From an uncultured Candidatus Thioglobus sp. (GTDB taxonomy: Bacteria; Pseudomonadota; Gammaproteobacteria; PS1; Pseudothioglobaceae), in the NCBI GenBank assembly GCA_905612405.1, contig CAJQRX010000012.1, positions 29,351 through 93,350 on the forward strand: a stretch of 64,000 nucleotides of DNA. Reading direction: 5' to 3'. The notes below the pieces were generated by a model. It did no database searches, was not told the origin of the DNA, and worked only from the letters and a program-made list of their open reading frames with translations. Made by a program: the position numbers and the translations under genes. Positions 19,505-30,621 of the stretch are shown here, one piece after another; positions within the stretch are counted from its first letter, which is position 1; each line of letters starts with the position of its first letter.

Positions 19505-20200
19505 ATGCTTAACTCACATATCCACTTAGATTTTGATAATGTTAACTCCCCTTCTAGTGCTACAACAGGTGTTATTGTTCCTTCAACTGGAAAAGATAAC
19601 TGGGATAGCGTAATTGCATGCTGCTCAGCTGACAATAGTAGTCATTTTGCACTTGGAATTCACCCATGGTTTATTGAAAACCACCAAATGATAGACTTGT
19701 ATGATCTTGAGGTTCTAATTGAGGAAAAAAAGCCAGTTGCCATTGGTGAGTGCGGCCTTGATTATATTAAAGTTAAAGATCAAAATACGCAGAGATTTAT
19801 GTTTGATGAACAGATATCTTTAGCAACTCGCTTTGATCTGCCTTTAATTATTCACTCAGTCCAGGCAACTGAAGATGTTACTGACTTACTTAGGTCGCAC
19901 TCTAAATCTAGAGGAGTAATCCATGCCTATTCAGGCAGCGTTCAGCAGGCTGAAAATCTACTTAAAATAAATTTTTCGTTTGGTTTTGGAAATGCGCTAA
20001 CCAATCCACTGGCTTATAAACTTCATGATATTGTTAAGTTTTTACCAATTGAGTCTATAGTGATTGAGACTGATGATCATAAAAATCCTGATGAGTTAAT
20101 TCAAGTAGCTGAAAGGGTTGCAAGAATTAAAAAGCTCACTGTTGATGAGGTAATTGATCAATGTGACCAAAATACACGTAATATTTTTAATATAGACTAA
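19505..20200 (+). CDS. TatD-family deoxyribonuclease
   Basis: SHIHLD, GIHPW, AIGECGLD, IHAYSGS, ETD. Confidence 0.85.
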   Translation: MLNSHIHLDFDNVNSPSSATTGVIVPSTGKDNWDSVIACCSADNSSHFALGIHPWFIENHQMIDLYDLEVLIEEKKPVAIGECGLDYIKVKDQNTQRFMFDEQISLATRFDLPLIIHSVQATEDVTDLLRSHSKSRGVIHAYSGSVQQAENLLKINFSFGFGNALTNPLAYKLHDIVKFLPIESIVIETDDHKNPDELIQVAERVARIKKLTVDEVIDQCDQNTRNIFNID

Positions 20201-20937
20201 TGGCAGGAAGTTGTGCTCGCACTGAAATATTAGTTGGCCAGTTAGGCTTGGCTCAATTAGCAGAGTCACATGTTGTTATTGCTGGATTAGGTGGAGTTGG
20301 AGGCGCCTGCGCTGAATCACTCTGCAGAGCAGGAATTGGAGAATTAACTCTAATTGATTATGATACTATTTCAAATACGGATCTTAATCGCCAGGTAATT
20401 GCTCTGCATTCAACTTTAGGTGGCTCAAAAGTAAAAGTTCTTGCACAAAGACTCAAAGATATCAATCCAGATACTATAGTCAATGAAAAAAATCTTTTTA
20501 TTGATATTAATGAAGCAGAATCAATAGCCAAAAATGAAGATTTAAATTTTGTTGCCGATTGCATCGATGCAATTGCTTGTAAGACAAATTTAATAGATGC
20601 TTGTAATCGGTCAGGAAAGCCAATTATTTCTAGTATGGGAGCTGGGGGAAGACTTGATCCAACCAAGGTTACAATTTCTAGAATGGATAAAACAGAATAT
20701 TGTGGTCTTGCTAGGGAGCTAAGAAGACAACTTAGAAGTAAACATGCATCTTTAAAATTTCCAGTTGTTCATTCGACAGAAGTTCAAATAAAAGCCCTCC
20801 CACATGAAGATTTAGATGAAAATGAATTGTGCCCACCTGGAAGACCAAGAGCTATCAATGGAGCCATATCATATATGCCTAATATTTTTGGATTAATGAT
20901 GGCAGGACACATCATCCAAACTATATTAAAATCATAA
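20200..20937 (+). CDS. tcdA: tRNA threonylcarbamoyladenosine dehydratase (ThiF family)
   Basis: GLGGVGG, DLNRQ, SSMGAGGRLDP, SYMPNIFG. Confidence 0.85.
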   Translation: MAGSCARTEILVGQLGLAQLAESHVVIAGLGGVGGACAESLCRAGIGELTLIDYDTISNTDLNRQVIALHSTLGGSKVKVLAQRLKDINPDTIVNEKNLFIDINEAESIAKNEDLNFVADCIDAIACKTNLIDACNRSGKPIISSMGAGGRLDPTKVTISRMDKTEYCGLARELRRQLRSKHASLKFPVVHSTEVQIKALPHEDLDENELCPPGRPRAINGAISYMPNIFGLMMAGHIIQTILKS

Positions 20938-20959
20938 TTATTAAACTATTGAAAATATT

Positions 20960-21508
20960 ATGGTAAGGACTGAAAGCCCAATTTGTGATTTCGATCTACC
21001 AGCAATTAAATTTGAACTTAAGGGAGTTGATGGTAAGCTTTATGACCTAAATAGCCTCAAAGGTCCTAATGGTTTGTTAGTAATGTTTATCTGTAACCAT
21101 TGCCCTTACGTCAAATCAATCATTAATCAAATAATTCTAGATACAAAAGAGCTTGCTGAATTAGGCATAAATAGTGTCGCTATTATGTCAAATGACCCTA
21201 ATGAATATAAAGAAGATTCGTTTGAAAATATGAAAAAAATTTCATCTGATTTAAATTTCTCTTTTCCATATCTACTTGATGAAACGCAGGAAGTTGCAAA
21301 AGCATTTGGAGCAGTATGTACTCCAGATTTTTTTGGGTATGACAAAAATTTAGGGCTTCAATATCGTGGAAGACTTAACGAATCCAGAAAAGAATCAGTT
21401 GAGGGTGCAAAAAGAGAATTATTTGAAGCAATGAAAGAAATTGCAATTTCAGGAAATGGTCCTCGCCACCAAACTCCCTCAATAGGCTGCTCCATTAAAT
21501 GGTTTTAA
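20960..21508 (+). CDS. Thioredoxin-fold AhpC/TSA family protein
   Basis: FICNHCPYV, ACTPD-like VCTPDFF, PSIGCSIKW. Confidence 0.88.
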   Translation: MVRTESPICDFDLPAIKFELKGVDGKLYDLNSLKGPNGLLVMFICNHCPYVKSIINQIILDTKELAELGINSVAIMSNDPNEYKEDSFENMKKISSDLNFSFPYLLDETQEVAKAFGAVCTPDFFGYDKNLGLQYRGRLNESRKESVEGAKRELFEAMKEIAISGNGPRHQTPSIGCSIKWF

Positions 21509-21607
21509 TTTATTTTTATTAACTTCATCTTGTTGATAAATACCGCTTGTAGATGTAGAATTTCAAATTAAGGTATAATACGCACCTTTTTACTCCCCCC
21601 ACTTCAC

Positions 21608-23428
21608 ATGTCTGAACATGAACCAAGCGTAAATTTTAAAAGTTTTGGCCTTTCCGATGCCTTAATCAAGGTGCTTGATGAAGTTGGTTATGAAACACCC
21701 TCAGCAATTCAAGAGCAGTGCATACCGTATTTACTAAATGGCCATGATGTTATTGGTCAAGCGCAAACTGGTACTGGTAAAACAGCAGCATTTTCACTTC
21801 CATTAATTGATAGAATTGATATCAGCACTAATCAAGTTCAGCTTTTAGTATTAGCGCCTACTAGAGAACTTGCAATTCAAGTTTCAGAAGCTATTCAAAC
21901 ATATGCAAGGCATCTTAAGGGACTTCATGTACTTCCAATTTATGGTGGGCAGTCTTATGATATTCAGTTAAGACCATTAAAGAGAGGAGTTCATGTTGTT
22001 GTAGGTACTCCTGGAAGAGTAATGGACCACATAAAAAAAGGCACTCTCAAGCTAAACTCATTAAAAGCACTTGTACTTGATGAGGCTGATGAAATGCTAA
22101 GAATGGGCTTTATTGATGATGTTAAGTGGGTAATGGAAAAGCTTCCAAAAGAGCGTCAAATTGCACTTTTTTCAGCAACAATGCCCGACGTAATAAGAAG
22201 GGTTGCTGAAAAATTCTTAAACGATCCAAAAATAGTTAAGATAAAAACAAAAACTGCTACAGCACAAACAATTAGCCAAAGTTATTGGTTGGTTAGTGGC
22301 GTTAATAAACTAGATGCATTAACTCGAATTTTAGAAGTTGAATCATTTGATGCTCTTTTAATATTCGTAAGAACAAAAACAGCAACAGTGGATTTAGCAG
22401 AAAAATTATCTGCAAGAGGTTTTTCAGCTGAAGCAATTAATGGAGATATTGCTCAAAATCAAAGAGAGCGAACAATCCAGCAACTTAAAAAAGGGAAAAT
22501 TGATATTCTAATTGCTACAGATGTCGCCGCAAGAGGATTAGATGTTGAGCGAATTTCTCATGTCGTAAATTATGACATTCCTCAAGACCCAGAGTCTTAT
22601 GTTCACAGAATTGGCAGAACAGGTAGAGCAGGAAGAGAAGGAAAAGCAATACTGTTTGTAGCGCCAAGAGAAAGAAGGATGCTTCAGACAATCGAAAGAA
22701 TTACTCGTCAACCAATCACACCAATGCAGCTTCCTTCTGCCAAAATCATTAATGAGCAAAGAGTAACAAACTTTAAACAAAGAATAAGTGATACTCTTAA
22801 TAATCAAGAGCTGGGAATCTTTGAAGAATTAATCCTAAGTTTCCAAAAAGAGCATGAAGTTGATGCCTTTAAGATAGCATCAGCACTGGCACTTATGGCG
22901 CAAGGAACAGAGCCATTACTTCTTAGTGAAAAAGAGTTAAGTCAAGGCTCATTCAAAGAAGGCAGTAAAGCTAAAATTTCTATTTCAGTTCATGCAGATC
23001 CTTTAAAAAATAATCCTTCAATTAAAATGCGAAGGTACAGACTAGCTGTAGGTCGTAAAGACAATATTAAGCCAGGTAATGTATTAGGTGCAATAGCAAA
23101 TGAGGCTGAAATTAGTAGTGAATTTATAGGCGCAATTCAGATATTTCAAGACTTTACCACAATTGATCTGCCCGATGAAATGACAAAAGAAACACTTGCA
23201 ATTTTGAAAAAAACTAGAGTGTTTGATAAAAAACTTAATATTGAAGAGTTGTCAGACAAAAATAACACAACTGCCCCTCATCAAAAAAGTGATGATTTTA
23301 AAAGAGACTCCTCGAGAAGAGGTGGTGAAAGAAAGTTTGAAAGGAAACCTAGGGGTAAGGGTGGAGATAGACCTAATAGACATAAAGATAAGAAATTCTC
23401 ACGAGGCAAGCCAAAAAGAAAAGATTAA
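21608..23428 (+). CDS. deaD: DEAD-box RNA helicase DeaD/CsdA
   Basis: AQTGTGKT, DEADEM, HRIGRTGRAG, DbpA-type C-terminal domain (GAIANEA), basic tail. Confidence 0.95.
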   Translation: MSEHEPSVNFKSFGLSDALIKVLDEVGYETPSAIQEQCIPYLLNGHDVIGQAQTGTGKTAAFSLPLIDRIDISTNQVQLLVLAPTRELAIQVSEAIQTYARHLKGLHVLPIYGGQSYDIQLRPLKRGVHVVVGTPGRVMDHIKKGTLKLNSLKALVLDEADEMLRMGFIDDVKWVMEKLPKERQIALFSATMPDVIRRVAEKFLNDPKIVKIKTKTATAQTISQSYWLVSGVNKLDALTRILEVESFDALLIFVRTKTATVDLAEKLSARGFSAEAINGDIAQNQRERTIQQLKKGKIDILIATDVAARGLDVERISHVVNYDIPQDPESYVHRIGRTGRAGREGKAILFVAPRERRMLQTIERITRQPITPMQLPSAKIINEQRVTNFKQRISDTLNNQELGIFEELILSFQKEHEVDAFKIASALALMAQGTEPLLLSEKELSQGSFKEGSKAKISISVHADPLKNNPSIKMRRYRLAVGRKDNIKPGNVLGAIANEAEISSEFIGAIQIFQDFTTIDLPDEMTKETLAILKKTRVFDKKLNIEELSDKNNTTAPHQKSDDFKRDSSRRGGERKFERKPRGKGGDRPNRHKDKKFSRGKPKRKD

Positions 23429-23604
23429 TTGTTGGTAATTACTCGTAAATAGACCTATTTAATATAAAAATATAGGTTAAAATCTCAGTGCTGGTTAAAA
23501 TACAGCTAATTTAATAGTGTGTTGTTGCTTCGTAGTAAGTCGGTTTCACAGTAATTTGGGTTGGTTGCGTCTTTTCCATGTTTTATTTATTTTTAGGAGA
23601 CGGA

Positions 23605-23811
23605 ATGTCTACAACAACAGGACGCGTTAAATGGTTTGACGCAAAAAAAGGTTTTGGTTTTATTGAGCAAGAGAGTGGTGATGATGTGTTCGTTCACTTC
23701 AGAGCAATCCAAGGTGATGGTTACAAATCACTAGAAGAAGGTCAAGAAGTTGAATTTGAACTTGAAGACGGTGCTAAAGGACCTCAAGCTGCTAACGTAG
23801 TACCAAAATAA
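23605..23811 (+). CDS. Cold-shock protein (CspA family)
   Basis: [19 protein letters not shown]; AGGAG RBS before ATG 23605. Confidence 0.95.
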   Translation: MSTTTGRVKWFDAKKGFGFIEQESGDDVFVHFRAIQGDGYKSLEEGQEVEFELEDGAKGPQAANVVPK

Positions 23812-23828
23812 TTTAAGAATTATTTAAT

Positions 23829-23858
23829 AAAAAACCCGGCCTAAGTGCCGGGTTTTTT
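23829..23858 (+). terminator. Intrinsic terminator of the csp gene
   Basis: A6-CCCGGC-CTAAGT-GCCGGG-T6. Confidence 0.9.
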
Positions 23859-23982
23859 ATTGCCTGATTTAAATCAAATTACTACAATTTAAGCCTTTAT
23901 CATCTAATTTTTTACAACAAAATAATATCTCTTTCAATTAATAGTATTTGTTACATATATAATTATTACAAAAAGAGAATCT

Positions 23983-25410
23983 ATGAAAACATTCTATTGG
24001 TACGATTATGAAACTTTTGGATTATCACCAAAAGTTCAAAGAATTGCTCAGTTCGCTGGCATTAGAACTGATGAAAATCTTAATGTTCTTGAAGAGCATA
24101 TGTTTTACTGCAAACCAACTCATGACTGCTTACCAGCGCCTGAAGCATGTGCAGTCACAGGCATAACTCCTCAATTATGTGAGAAAAATGGCTTAATAGA
24201 GCATGAGTTTATTAAAAAGATACATCATGAATTTTCAAAACCTGAAACATGCATTGTCGGCTATAACTCAATAGCATTTGATGATGAATTTACAAGGCAT
24301 ACTCTATATAGAAATTTCATTGATCCATATTCTTGGCATTGGCAAAATGGCAATGCAAGATGGGACATTCTCAACGTTGCACGCTTCTGTTATGCGCACA
24401 AAGAAGAAGGAAGTCTGAAGTGGGTAAAAAATGATAAAAATAGACCAATTTTCAAGTTAGATACACTTGCACCTGCAAATAACATCGAGCATACGAATGC
24501 ACATGATGCTATGGCTGATGTTAGAGCCACAATTGGAATTGCATCTATTATTAAAAAAACTCAGCCCAAGTTTTTTGATTATGCACTTAGCTTGAATGAT
24601 AAAAAAGAAGTTAGCAGGCAGGTTCGCATGCTTCATCCAATGCTTTTGACAAACTCTCCCTTTGGCTATAAATCATCTTTTACTCGCCTAGTAACAGCAA
24701 TATGTCATCACCCTGAGTATTCAGATCGTGCAATCGTCTTTAATCTTAATCAGGATCCAGAAATTATAATGGAACTTGAGATTGACGAATTAAAAAAACT
24801 CACATTTTCTAGAAAGGTAGATCTTCCAAAAGGCGTTAACAAACTGGAACTTAATGAACTAGTTTTTAATAAAAGCCCAATGTTTGTATGCAGCCCAAAT
24901 TCAACTAGCTTTAAATTATCTCCTATGCTTGTTGAAAAGTTTCAATTAAATATGGAGAATTGTTTAAAAAATCTGCTATATATCCAGAATAATATAAAAA
25001 AAATTGAAGAGAAGGTTCAATCAGTTTATAAAAAAGAAGGTGAAAGGAAGCCAAGTAATGATGTTGATCAATCTCTATATGATGGCTTTATAAGTAATAA
25101 TGATAGAACTATATGCAATCAAATTCAAAATCTTTCAGAAGAGGAAATTAAACACTTTAAGCCAGATTTTGAAGATCAGAAGCTCACAAAATTATTCTTA
25201 AACTTTAAAGCTAGAAATTATCCTCAGTTATTGAATGAATTTGAGCAAGAGCAGTGGTTTGAAATTGTTCAGTCTAGAGTACAAAATGGTGAAAACGGTT
25301 TTTTATCGATAGATAGCTTTGAGCGCAGTATATTTAACTTAAAAGAAAGTTCACCTGAGAAACATAGTTTATGTAGAGATCTTGAGAACTATGCCCAGTC
25401 ATTTTTATAA
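23983..25410 (+). CDS. sbcB: Exodeoxyribonuclease I
   Basis: YDYETFG, QFAGIRTD, GYNSIAFDDE, HDAMADV. Confidence 0.93.
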   Translation: MKTFYWYDYETFGLSPKVQRIAQFAGIRTDENLNVLEEHMFYCKPTHDCLPAPEACAVTGITPQLCEKNGLIEHEFIKKIHHEFSKPETCIVGYNSIAFDDEFTRHTLYRNFIDPYSWHWQNGNARWDILNVARFCYAHKEEGSLKWVKNDKNRPIFKLDTLAPANNIEHTNAHDAMADVRATIGIASIIKKTQPKFFDYALSLNDKKEVSRQVRMLHPMLLTNSPFGYKSSFTRLVTAICHHPEYSDRAIVFNLNQDPEIIMELEIDELKKLTFSRKVDLPKGVNKLELNELVFNKSPMFVCSPNSTSFKLSPMLVEKFQLNMENCLKNLLYIQNNIKKIEEKVQSVYKKEGERKPSNDVDQSLYDGFISNNDRTICNQIQNLSEEEIKHFKPDFEDQKLTKLFLNFKARNYPQLLNEFEQEQWFEIVQSRVQNGENGFLSIDSFERSIFNLKESSPEKHSLCRDLENYAQSFL

Positions 25411-25487
25411 TCAAAATAGCTTACTATTGAAAAATAAGCAAAGTTTAAGTATAATATTCGAGCTTAGTTTAAAGGAAAAAGCTCCAA

Positions 25488-26120
25488 ATGAACGCAGAAA
25501 CTAGAAGTGAAATGTTTGCTCGGCTTTTAAAGCAGATTCCAAACCCGACAACTGAACTGAACTACTCAACATCATTTGAATTATTGGTGGCTGTGACATT
25601 ATCAGCGCAAGCAACTGATAAAAGTGTAAATCAAGTTACTGACATCTTATTCCCTCTTGCAAATACTCCTGAAAGTATTTTTGATTTAGGTGAAGATACA
25701 CTAAGAGACACAATCAAGTCGATTGGCTTATTTAATTCAAAAGCAAAACATATTATCCAAACTTGCAGAATACTAATAGACAAATATAGCTCAAATGTTC
25801 CTGAAACTCGTAAAGAATTAGAGGCGCTTCCTGGTGTGGGCCGAAAGACAGCAAATGTAGTTCTTAATACAGCATTTGGACAACCAACTATTGCTGTTGA
25901 TACTCATATATATAGAGTTGCAAACAGAACAGCAATTGCTTCAGGAAAAACAGTTCTAGAAGTTGAAAAGAAATTAATTAAATTCATACCTGATGAATTT
26001 AAGGTTCCAGCTCATCATTTAATGATTCTTCATGGAAGATATGTTTGTAAAGCAAGATCGCCACATTGCAAAGAATGTAAGCTACTAGACTTATGTGAAT
26101 ACGAAGAGAAGAATCTTTAA
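25488..26120 (+). CDS. nth: Endonuclease III
   Basis: LSAQATD, LPGVGRKTA, VDTH, C-x6-C-x2-C-x5-C. Confidence 0.96.
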   Translation: MNAETRSEMFARLLKQIPNPTTELNYSTSFELLVAVTLSAQATDKSVNQVTDILFPLANTPESIFDLGEDTLRDTIKSIGLFNSKAKHIIQTCRILIDKYSSNVPETRKELEALPGVGRKTANVVLNTAFGQPTIAVDTHIYRVANRTAIASGKTVLEVEKKLIKFIPDEFKVPAHHLMILHGRYVCKARSPHCKECKLLDLCEYEEKNL

Positions 26121-26136
26121 AACATAAAGAAGCAAA

Positions 26137-26556
26137 GTGTTCTCACAAGATAGATCCAAACAAAGAAAATTTCTAGCCAACTCATGGCAAAAACATGTCA
26201 CTGCTCAAACACTAAAGCCACTTGAGCTTCAGCTTGCATTAATAGTCCAGAAACACCCAGAGTATCATGCGCTAATTAATGATATAAATTTAGAATATTT
26301 CCCAGAGCAAGGAAAAACAAACCCGTTTCTGCACATAAATCTTCATTTAGCTCTTCAAGATCAGCTCGCACTGCATCAACCAATTGGAATTAACGATATA
26401 TACAAAAAACTAATTGTAATTCATAGTGATATCCACAAAGTTGAGCATATGATGATGGAATGCATAGCTGAAATGATATTCAACTCCCAAAAAAATAACA
26501 CTACTTTAGATCAAGATAATTATTTAGTCAATCTTAAAAATCTAATCAAAAACTGA
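26137..26556 (+). CDS. DUF1841 family protein
   Basis: HPEYH..PEQGKTNPFLHINLHLAL..Q. Confidence 0.8.
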   Translation: MFSQDRSKQRKFLANSWQKHVTAQTLKPLELQLALIVQKHPEYHALINDINLEYFPEQGKTNPFLHINLHLALQDQLALHQPIGINDIYKKLIVIHSDIHKVEHMMMECIAEMIFNSQKNNTTLDQDNYLVNLKNLIKN

Positions 26557-26568
26557 TTTACTATTACT

Positions 26569-27183
26569 CTATGTCCAATTAGCAAAGTTTTTGAGTAGTT
26601 GCAGCCCATCACTTTGAGATTTTTCTGGATGGAATTGAACTGCAAAGAGCTTATCGATTGCAATTGCAGATGTAAAAGTATGTCCATAATCCGTCGTACC
26701 AGCAACACACTCTTTATCGAGCTCTTCTACATAGTAACTATGAACACTATAAAAACGACTGTTATTTTCAATTTTATGCCACAGTGGGTGGTTCTTTACT
26801 TGCTTTACTCTATTCCATCCCATATGTGGTATTTTAAGTTCACTATTTTGAAATTTTATGACTTTTCCTGGAACTAATGAAAGTCCTTGAGTTGTATTAT
26901 TTTCTTCACTATAGTCAAATAATAATTGTAATCCAAGACATATCCCAAGAAATGGTTTTGATTTAGATGCTAATTTAATTTCATCGATAAGTTCATTTGA
27001 AGCAAGAGCGCTCATACATGAACCCATTGCTCCTTGTCCTGGAAACACAACACGATCAGAATCTCTTATGACTTTAGGATTATTAGTAAGAAGGCACTTA
27101 TCATTTGGTGCTATATGCTCAATAGCCTTTTGAACAGAACTTACGTTTCCCATTCCGTAGTCAACAATTGCAATTGTTTGCAT
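26569..27183 (-). CDS. hisH: Imidazole glycerol phosphate synthase subunit HisH
   Basis: DYGMGN, PGQG, GICLGLQ, PHMGWN, QFHPEKS. Confidence 0.96.
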   Translation of the reverse strand: MQTIAIVDYGMGNVSSVQKAIEHIAPNDKCLLTNNPKVIRDSDRVVFPGQGAMGSCMSALASNELIDEIKLASKSKPFLGICLGLQLLFDYSEENNTTQGLSLVPGKVIKFQNSELKIPHMGWNRVKQVKNHPLWHKIENNSRFYSVHSYYVEELDKECVAGTTDYGHTFTSAIAIDKLFAVQFHPEKSQSDGLQLLKNFANWT

Positions 27184-27204
27184 ATTGCTCTTCCTAATTA
27201 TCTT

Positions 27205-27786
27205 CTAAAGTGAACCCTTAGTCGAAGGGATTGTATTTGCTTGCCTCTCATCTGGAGTCACAGCCATTCGAAGCGCTCTTCCAAAAGCTTTAAAAACAGT
27301 TTCTGCTTGGTGATGCGAATTTATACCTTTCATATTATCAATATGCAGAGTAACTAAGGCATGATTTACAAAACCTTGGAAGAATTCTCTAATTAAATCT
27401 AAATCAAATGTACCCACCCTATCTCTAGTAAATTTAACCCCGAGATCGAGCCCAGGTCGGCCAGACAAATCTATAACTACCCTCGATAAAGCCTCATCTA
27501 AAGGAACATAGGCATGACCATAACGTGTCAATCCTTTTTTATCACCTACAGCATCAAAGAATGCTTGTCCAAAAGTTATTCCAACGTCCTCAACCGTATG
27601 ATGATCATCTATTTCATTATCACCATCACATTTAATTGAAATGTCCATTAATCCATGGCGAGCAATTTGATCTAGCATGTGATCCAGAAATGGAACGCCT
27701 GTTTCAATCTTAGCTTTTCCACTTCCATATAGCTCAAGACTAATGGCAATATCAGTTTCATTTGTCTTGCGTTCTTTAGTAATCAT
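27205..27786 (-). CDS. hisB: Imidazoleglycerol-phosphate dehydratase
   Basis: [26 protein letters not shown]. Confidence 0.96.
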   Translation of the reverse strand: MITKERKTNETDIAISLELYGSGKAKIETGVPFLDHMLDQIARHGLMDISIKCDGDNEIDDHHTVEDVGITFGQAFFDAVGDKKGLTRYGHAYVPLDEALSRVVIDLSGRPGLDLGVKFTRDRVGTFDLDLIREFFQGFVNHALVTLHIDNMKGINSHHQAETVFKAFGRALRMAVTPDERQANTIPSTKGSL

Positions 27787-27800
27787 AATTCGATTTTATC

Positions 27801-28826
27801 TTAAGCAATATAGTCTCTGATGAGTATTTCAGCTATTTGAACACTATTAAGAGCAGCACCTTTTCGAATATTATCTGACACAACCCATAAATTAAGGCCT
27901 TTTTCATGGCTAATATCTTCCCTAATTCGGCTTACATAGGTAGCATCAGTATTAGTAGCCTCTGAAAAAGGAGTTGCATATCCACCATCTTTTCTTTCGT
28001 CCATAACAATAACGCCTTCTGCTTTTTCAAGTAGATTTCGAGCATCAATAGCAGTAATTTTTTCTTTAGTCTCTATATGAACAGCTTCTGAATGGCCATA
28101 TACAACTGGAATTCTAACGGCAGTAGGGTTAACAAGAAGGTTCTCATCCTCAAATATCTTTTGAGTTTCCCAAACCATTTTCATTTCCTCTCTTGTGTAT
28201 CCATTATCTTGAAATGTATCAATATGTGGAATAGCATTAAAAGCAATTTGTTTGGTATAAACCTCTACTTCTACATCATTACCATTTAATAAATTAGCAG
28301 TTTGATTAGTAAGTTCAGTAATAGCCTCTTTTCCACTTCCAGAGACAGCTTGGTATGTTGCAACATTGATTCTAGAGATTCCTACAGCATCATATATCGG
28401 TTTTAAAGCAACTAACATCTGAATCGTTGAACAGTTTGGATTGGCAATAATATTTCGATTAGTATAATCAGCGATTGCATGTGGATTAACCTCTGGAACA
28501 ACTAGCGGAATGTCATCATCCCTTCTAAAATGAGATGTGTTATCGATAACAATACAGCCTTGTGCTGCAGCTAGAGGTACATATTTTTCTGAAATGTCGC
28601 CGCCAGCAGAAAATATACCTATTTGAACTTTAGAAAAGTCAAAAGTATCCAGATCTTCAACAGTCCATGACTTTCCTTGGCATGAAACTTTACTTCCAGC
28701 TGAGCGTTTGGATGCTAGTGGGTACAAATTCTCAATAGGAAATTTTCTTTGATCTAAAATTGAGATAAGCGTCTCCCCAACCGCTCCAGTTGCGCCAACG
28801 ATAGCAACACTATATTTTTTACTCAT
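27801..28826 (-). CDS. asd: Aspartate-semialdehyde dehydrogenase
   Basis: GATGAVG, ANPNCSTIQ, YQAVSGSG, DNIRKGAA. Confidence 0.95.
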   Translation of the reverse strand: MSKKYSVAIVGATGAVGETLISILDQRKFPIENLYPLASKRSAGSKVSCQGKSWTVEDLDTFDFSKVQIGIFSAGGDISEKYVPLAAAQGCIVIDNTSHFRRDDDIPLVVPEVNPHAIADYTNRNIIANPNCSTIQMLVALKPIYDAVGISRINVATYQAVSGSGKEAITELTNQTANLLNGNDVEVEVYTKQIAFNAIPHIDTFQDNGYTREEMKMVWETQKIFEDENLLVNPTAVRIPVVYGHSEAVHIETKEKITAIDARNLLEKAEGVIVMDERKDGGYATPFSEATNTDATYVSRIREDISHEKGLNLWVVSDNIRKGAALNSVQIAEILIRDYIA

Positions 28827-28951
28827 AATATTTCAAGGTACTAAAAAAACTATAGATTATACGAAGGACTGGGACTAATATTCATAAATATATTCAATAA
28901 CTTAGGATATTTATTTCATTCATTCAAAAAAATATTTTTATTTTCACTAAA

Positions 28952-29857
28952 TTAAGGAAGGCGCCATGGCAAAATGCCATCATTAAATGACGCTGTATAA
29001 AGTTCAAACCAAGTCTCACGATCCATCTTAACTTTCAAAGCATCAGAAATTTTTGCTATCCTTTCAAGGTTATTTGTACCCATTATAGGACAAATTTTTG
29101 CTGGATGGGCCAATATCCATGCAACAGCAACAGCCGCCATATCAACATTTTGATTAGCTGCAATTTTTGCTAATGCCTTGCCAAGTAATCCATTATTACT
29201 CATTAATTTCCCGCCTCCAAGCGGTGACCAAGCCATTACAGTAGTTTTTTGCTCCTGATGAAAAGCAAGATCTCCATTTGTAAATGCTTGAGTTGCAGCC
29301 AAAGATAGCTCAATTTGATTTGTTATCAACGGGCATTTCATGCTTGACTGCAACAAACTATAATCCCAAGGCTTAAAGTTTGAAACGCCCACTTCCTTTA
29401 CTTTTCCAGACAACACAAGATCATCTAACGCCTTTCCAGTCTCCAGATGATCCATATAAGGATCTTGACGATGAATTAATAATAAGTCTAAATAATCTGT
29501 AGACATATTCTTCAAGGATGCATCAACAGAGCTAAAGATGTGCTCTCTTGAGGTGTCATAATGACTAAAAGTTGCATTAGAATATTTATCAGAGGGATTT
29601 ACTATGCCACATTTTGATACAATTTCAATCTTATGTCTTAAGGATGGGGTTGCTTTAAGGACACTTCCAAATAAGCCTTCGGCAGTATACAAACCATACA
29701 CTGCAGCTTGATCAAACGTTGTAATTCCTTGATCTAAGCATAAATTAACTTTGGTATTAATATGTTTGGTTGATGTATTAGCATCATTCGCTAATCGCCA
29801 CATTCCGTAAATGATTCTACTAAAACTCAAAGAACTAGAAAAATTTAACCGCTCCAT
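28952..29857 (-). CDS. Aldo/keto reductase (YdhF-like)
   Basis: YGMWRL, TTFD, SKCGI, DLLLIHR, GVSNF, MAWSPLGGG. Confidence 0.88.
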   Translation of the reverse strand: MERLNFSSSLSFSRIIYGMWRLANDANTSTKHINTKVNLCLDQGITTFDQAAVYGLYTAEGLFGSVLKATPSLRHKIEIVSKCGIVNPSDKYSNATFSHYDTSREHIFSSVDASLKNMSTDYLDLLLIHRQDPYMDHLETGKALDDLVLSGKVKEVGVSNFKPWDYSLLQSSMKCPLITNQIELSLAATQAFTNGDLAFHQEQKTTVMAWSPLGGGKLMSNNGLLGKALAKIAANQNVDMAAVAVAWILAHPAKICPIMGTNNLERIAKISDALKVKMDRETWFELYTASFNDGILPWRLP

Positions 29858-29880
29858 ACTTACTCCAAATAATAATTAGA

Positions 29881-30621
29881 TTAAACAGAATTATCGACTT
29901 CAATATATTGATGTTGCAGTTTAAACTGAGAACAAAGATGATTGCATAGAGCCTGCACTCCATATCGTTCTGTCGCATGGTGGCCAGCTGAAATAAATGT
30001 AATGTTATTCTCCTTAGCAACTGCAGGAGTCTGTTCAGATACCTCCCCGCTCAAATACAAATCAACATTAAGGCTGATTGCAGCCTCAATAAAACCTTGG
30101 GCAGCACCAGTACACCAAGCAATTTTTTTAATCTCACCACTCTGTTTACCAAATATTTGAGGCACCCTATCTAGTTTTTCTTCAATCAATTTTGAAAAAT
30201 CACTTAAATTAGTTCTCAGTTCACCTTGCCATAGCAAGCCCCCTTGGACAGGCTCCATATTTTTTACGCCCAAACGCCTTCCCAGCTCAACATTATTTCC
30301 AACCTCACAGTGGTCATCAAGAGGAAGATGAAAACCAAAAAGATTTATATTATGTTTAAGCAATAAGGCAATCTTAGCTCTCTTTGCGCCAGTTATTATT
30401 TTTGACTCGTTATCCCAAAAAACACCATGATGAACAAAAATAGCATCCGCTTTTTCTTCAATAGCTCTCTCGATAAGCTCTAAATTAGCGCTGACACCAC
30501 TTACAATTTTAGTGATATTTAATGAACCTTCAATTTGAAGTCCATTAGGGCAATAGTCCTTAAATTTATCAACATCAAGATAGGTGTCACAGTAATTTTT
30601 TAACTCTTCACGGTTAACCAT
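29881..30621 (-). CDS. Nif3-like dinuclear metal centre protein (YbgI)
   Basis: DYCPNGLQIEG, VHHG, HLPLD, AGHHATERYG. Confidence 0.92.
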   Translation of the reverse strand: MVNREELKNYCDTYLDVDKFKDYCPNGLQIEGSLNITKIVSGVSANLELIERAIEEKADAIFVHHGVFWDNESKIITGAKRAKIALLLKHNINLFGFHLPLDDHCEVGNNVELGRRLGVKNMEPVQGGLLWQGELRTNLSDFSKLIEEKLDRVPQIFGKQSGEIKKIAWCTGAAQGFIEAAISLNVDLYLSGEVSEQTPAVAKENNITFISAGHHATERYGVQALCNHLCSQFKLQHQYIEVDNSV

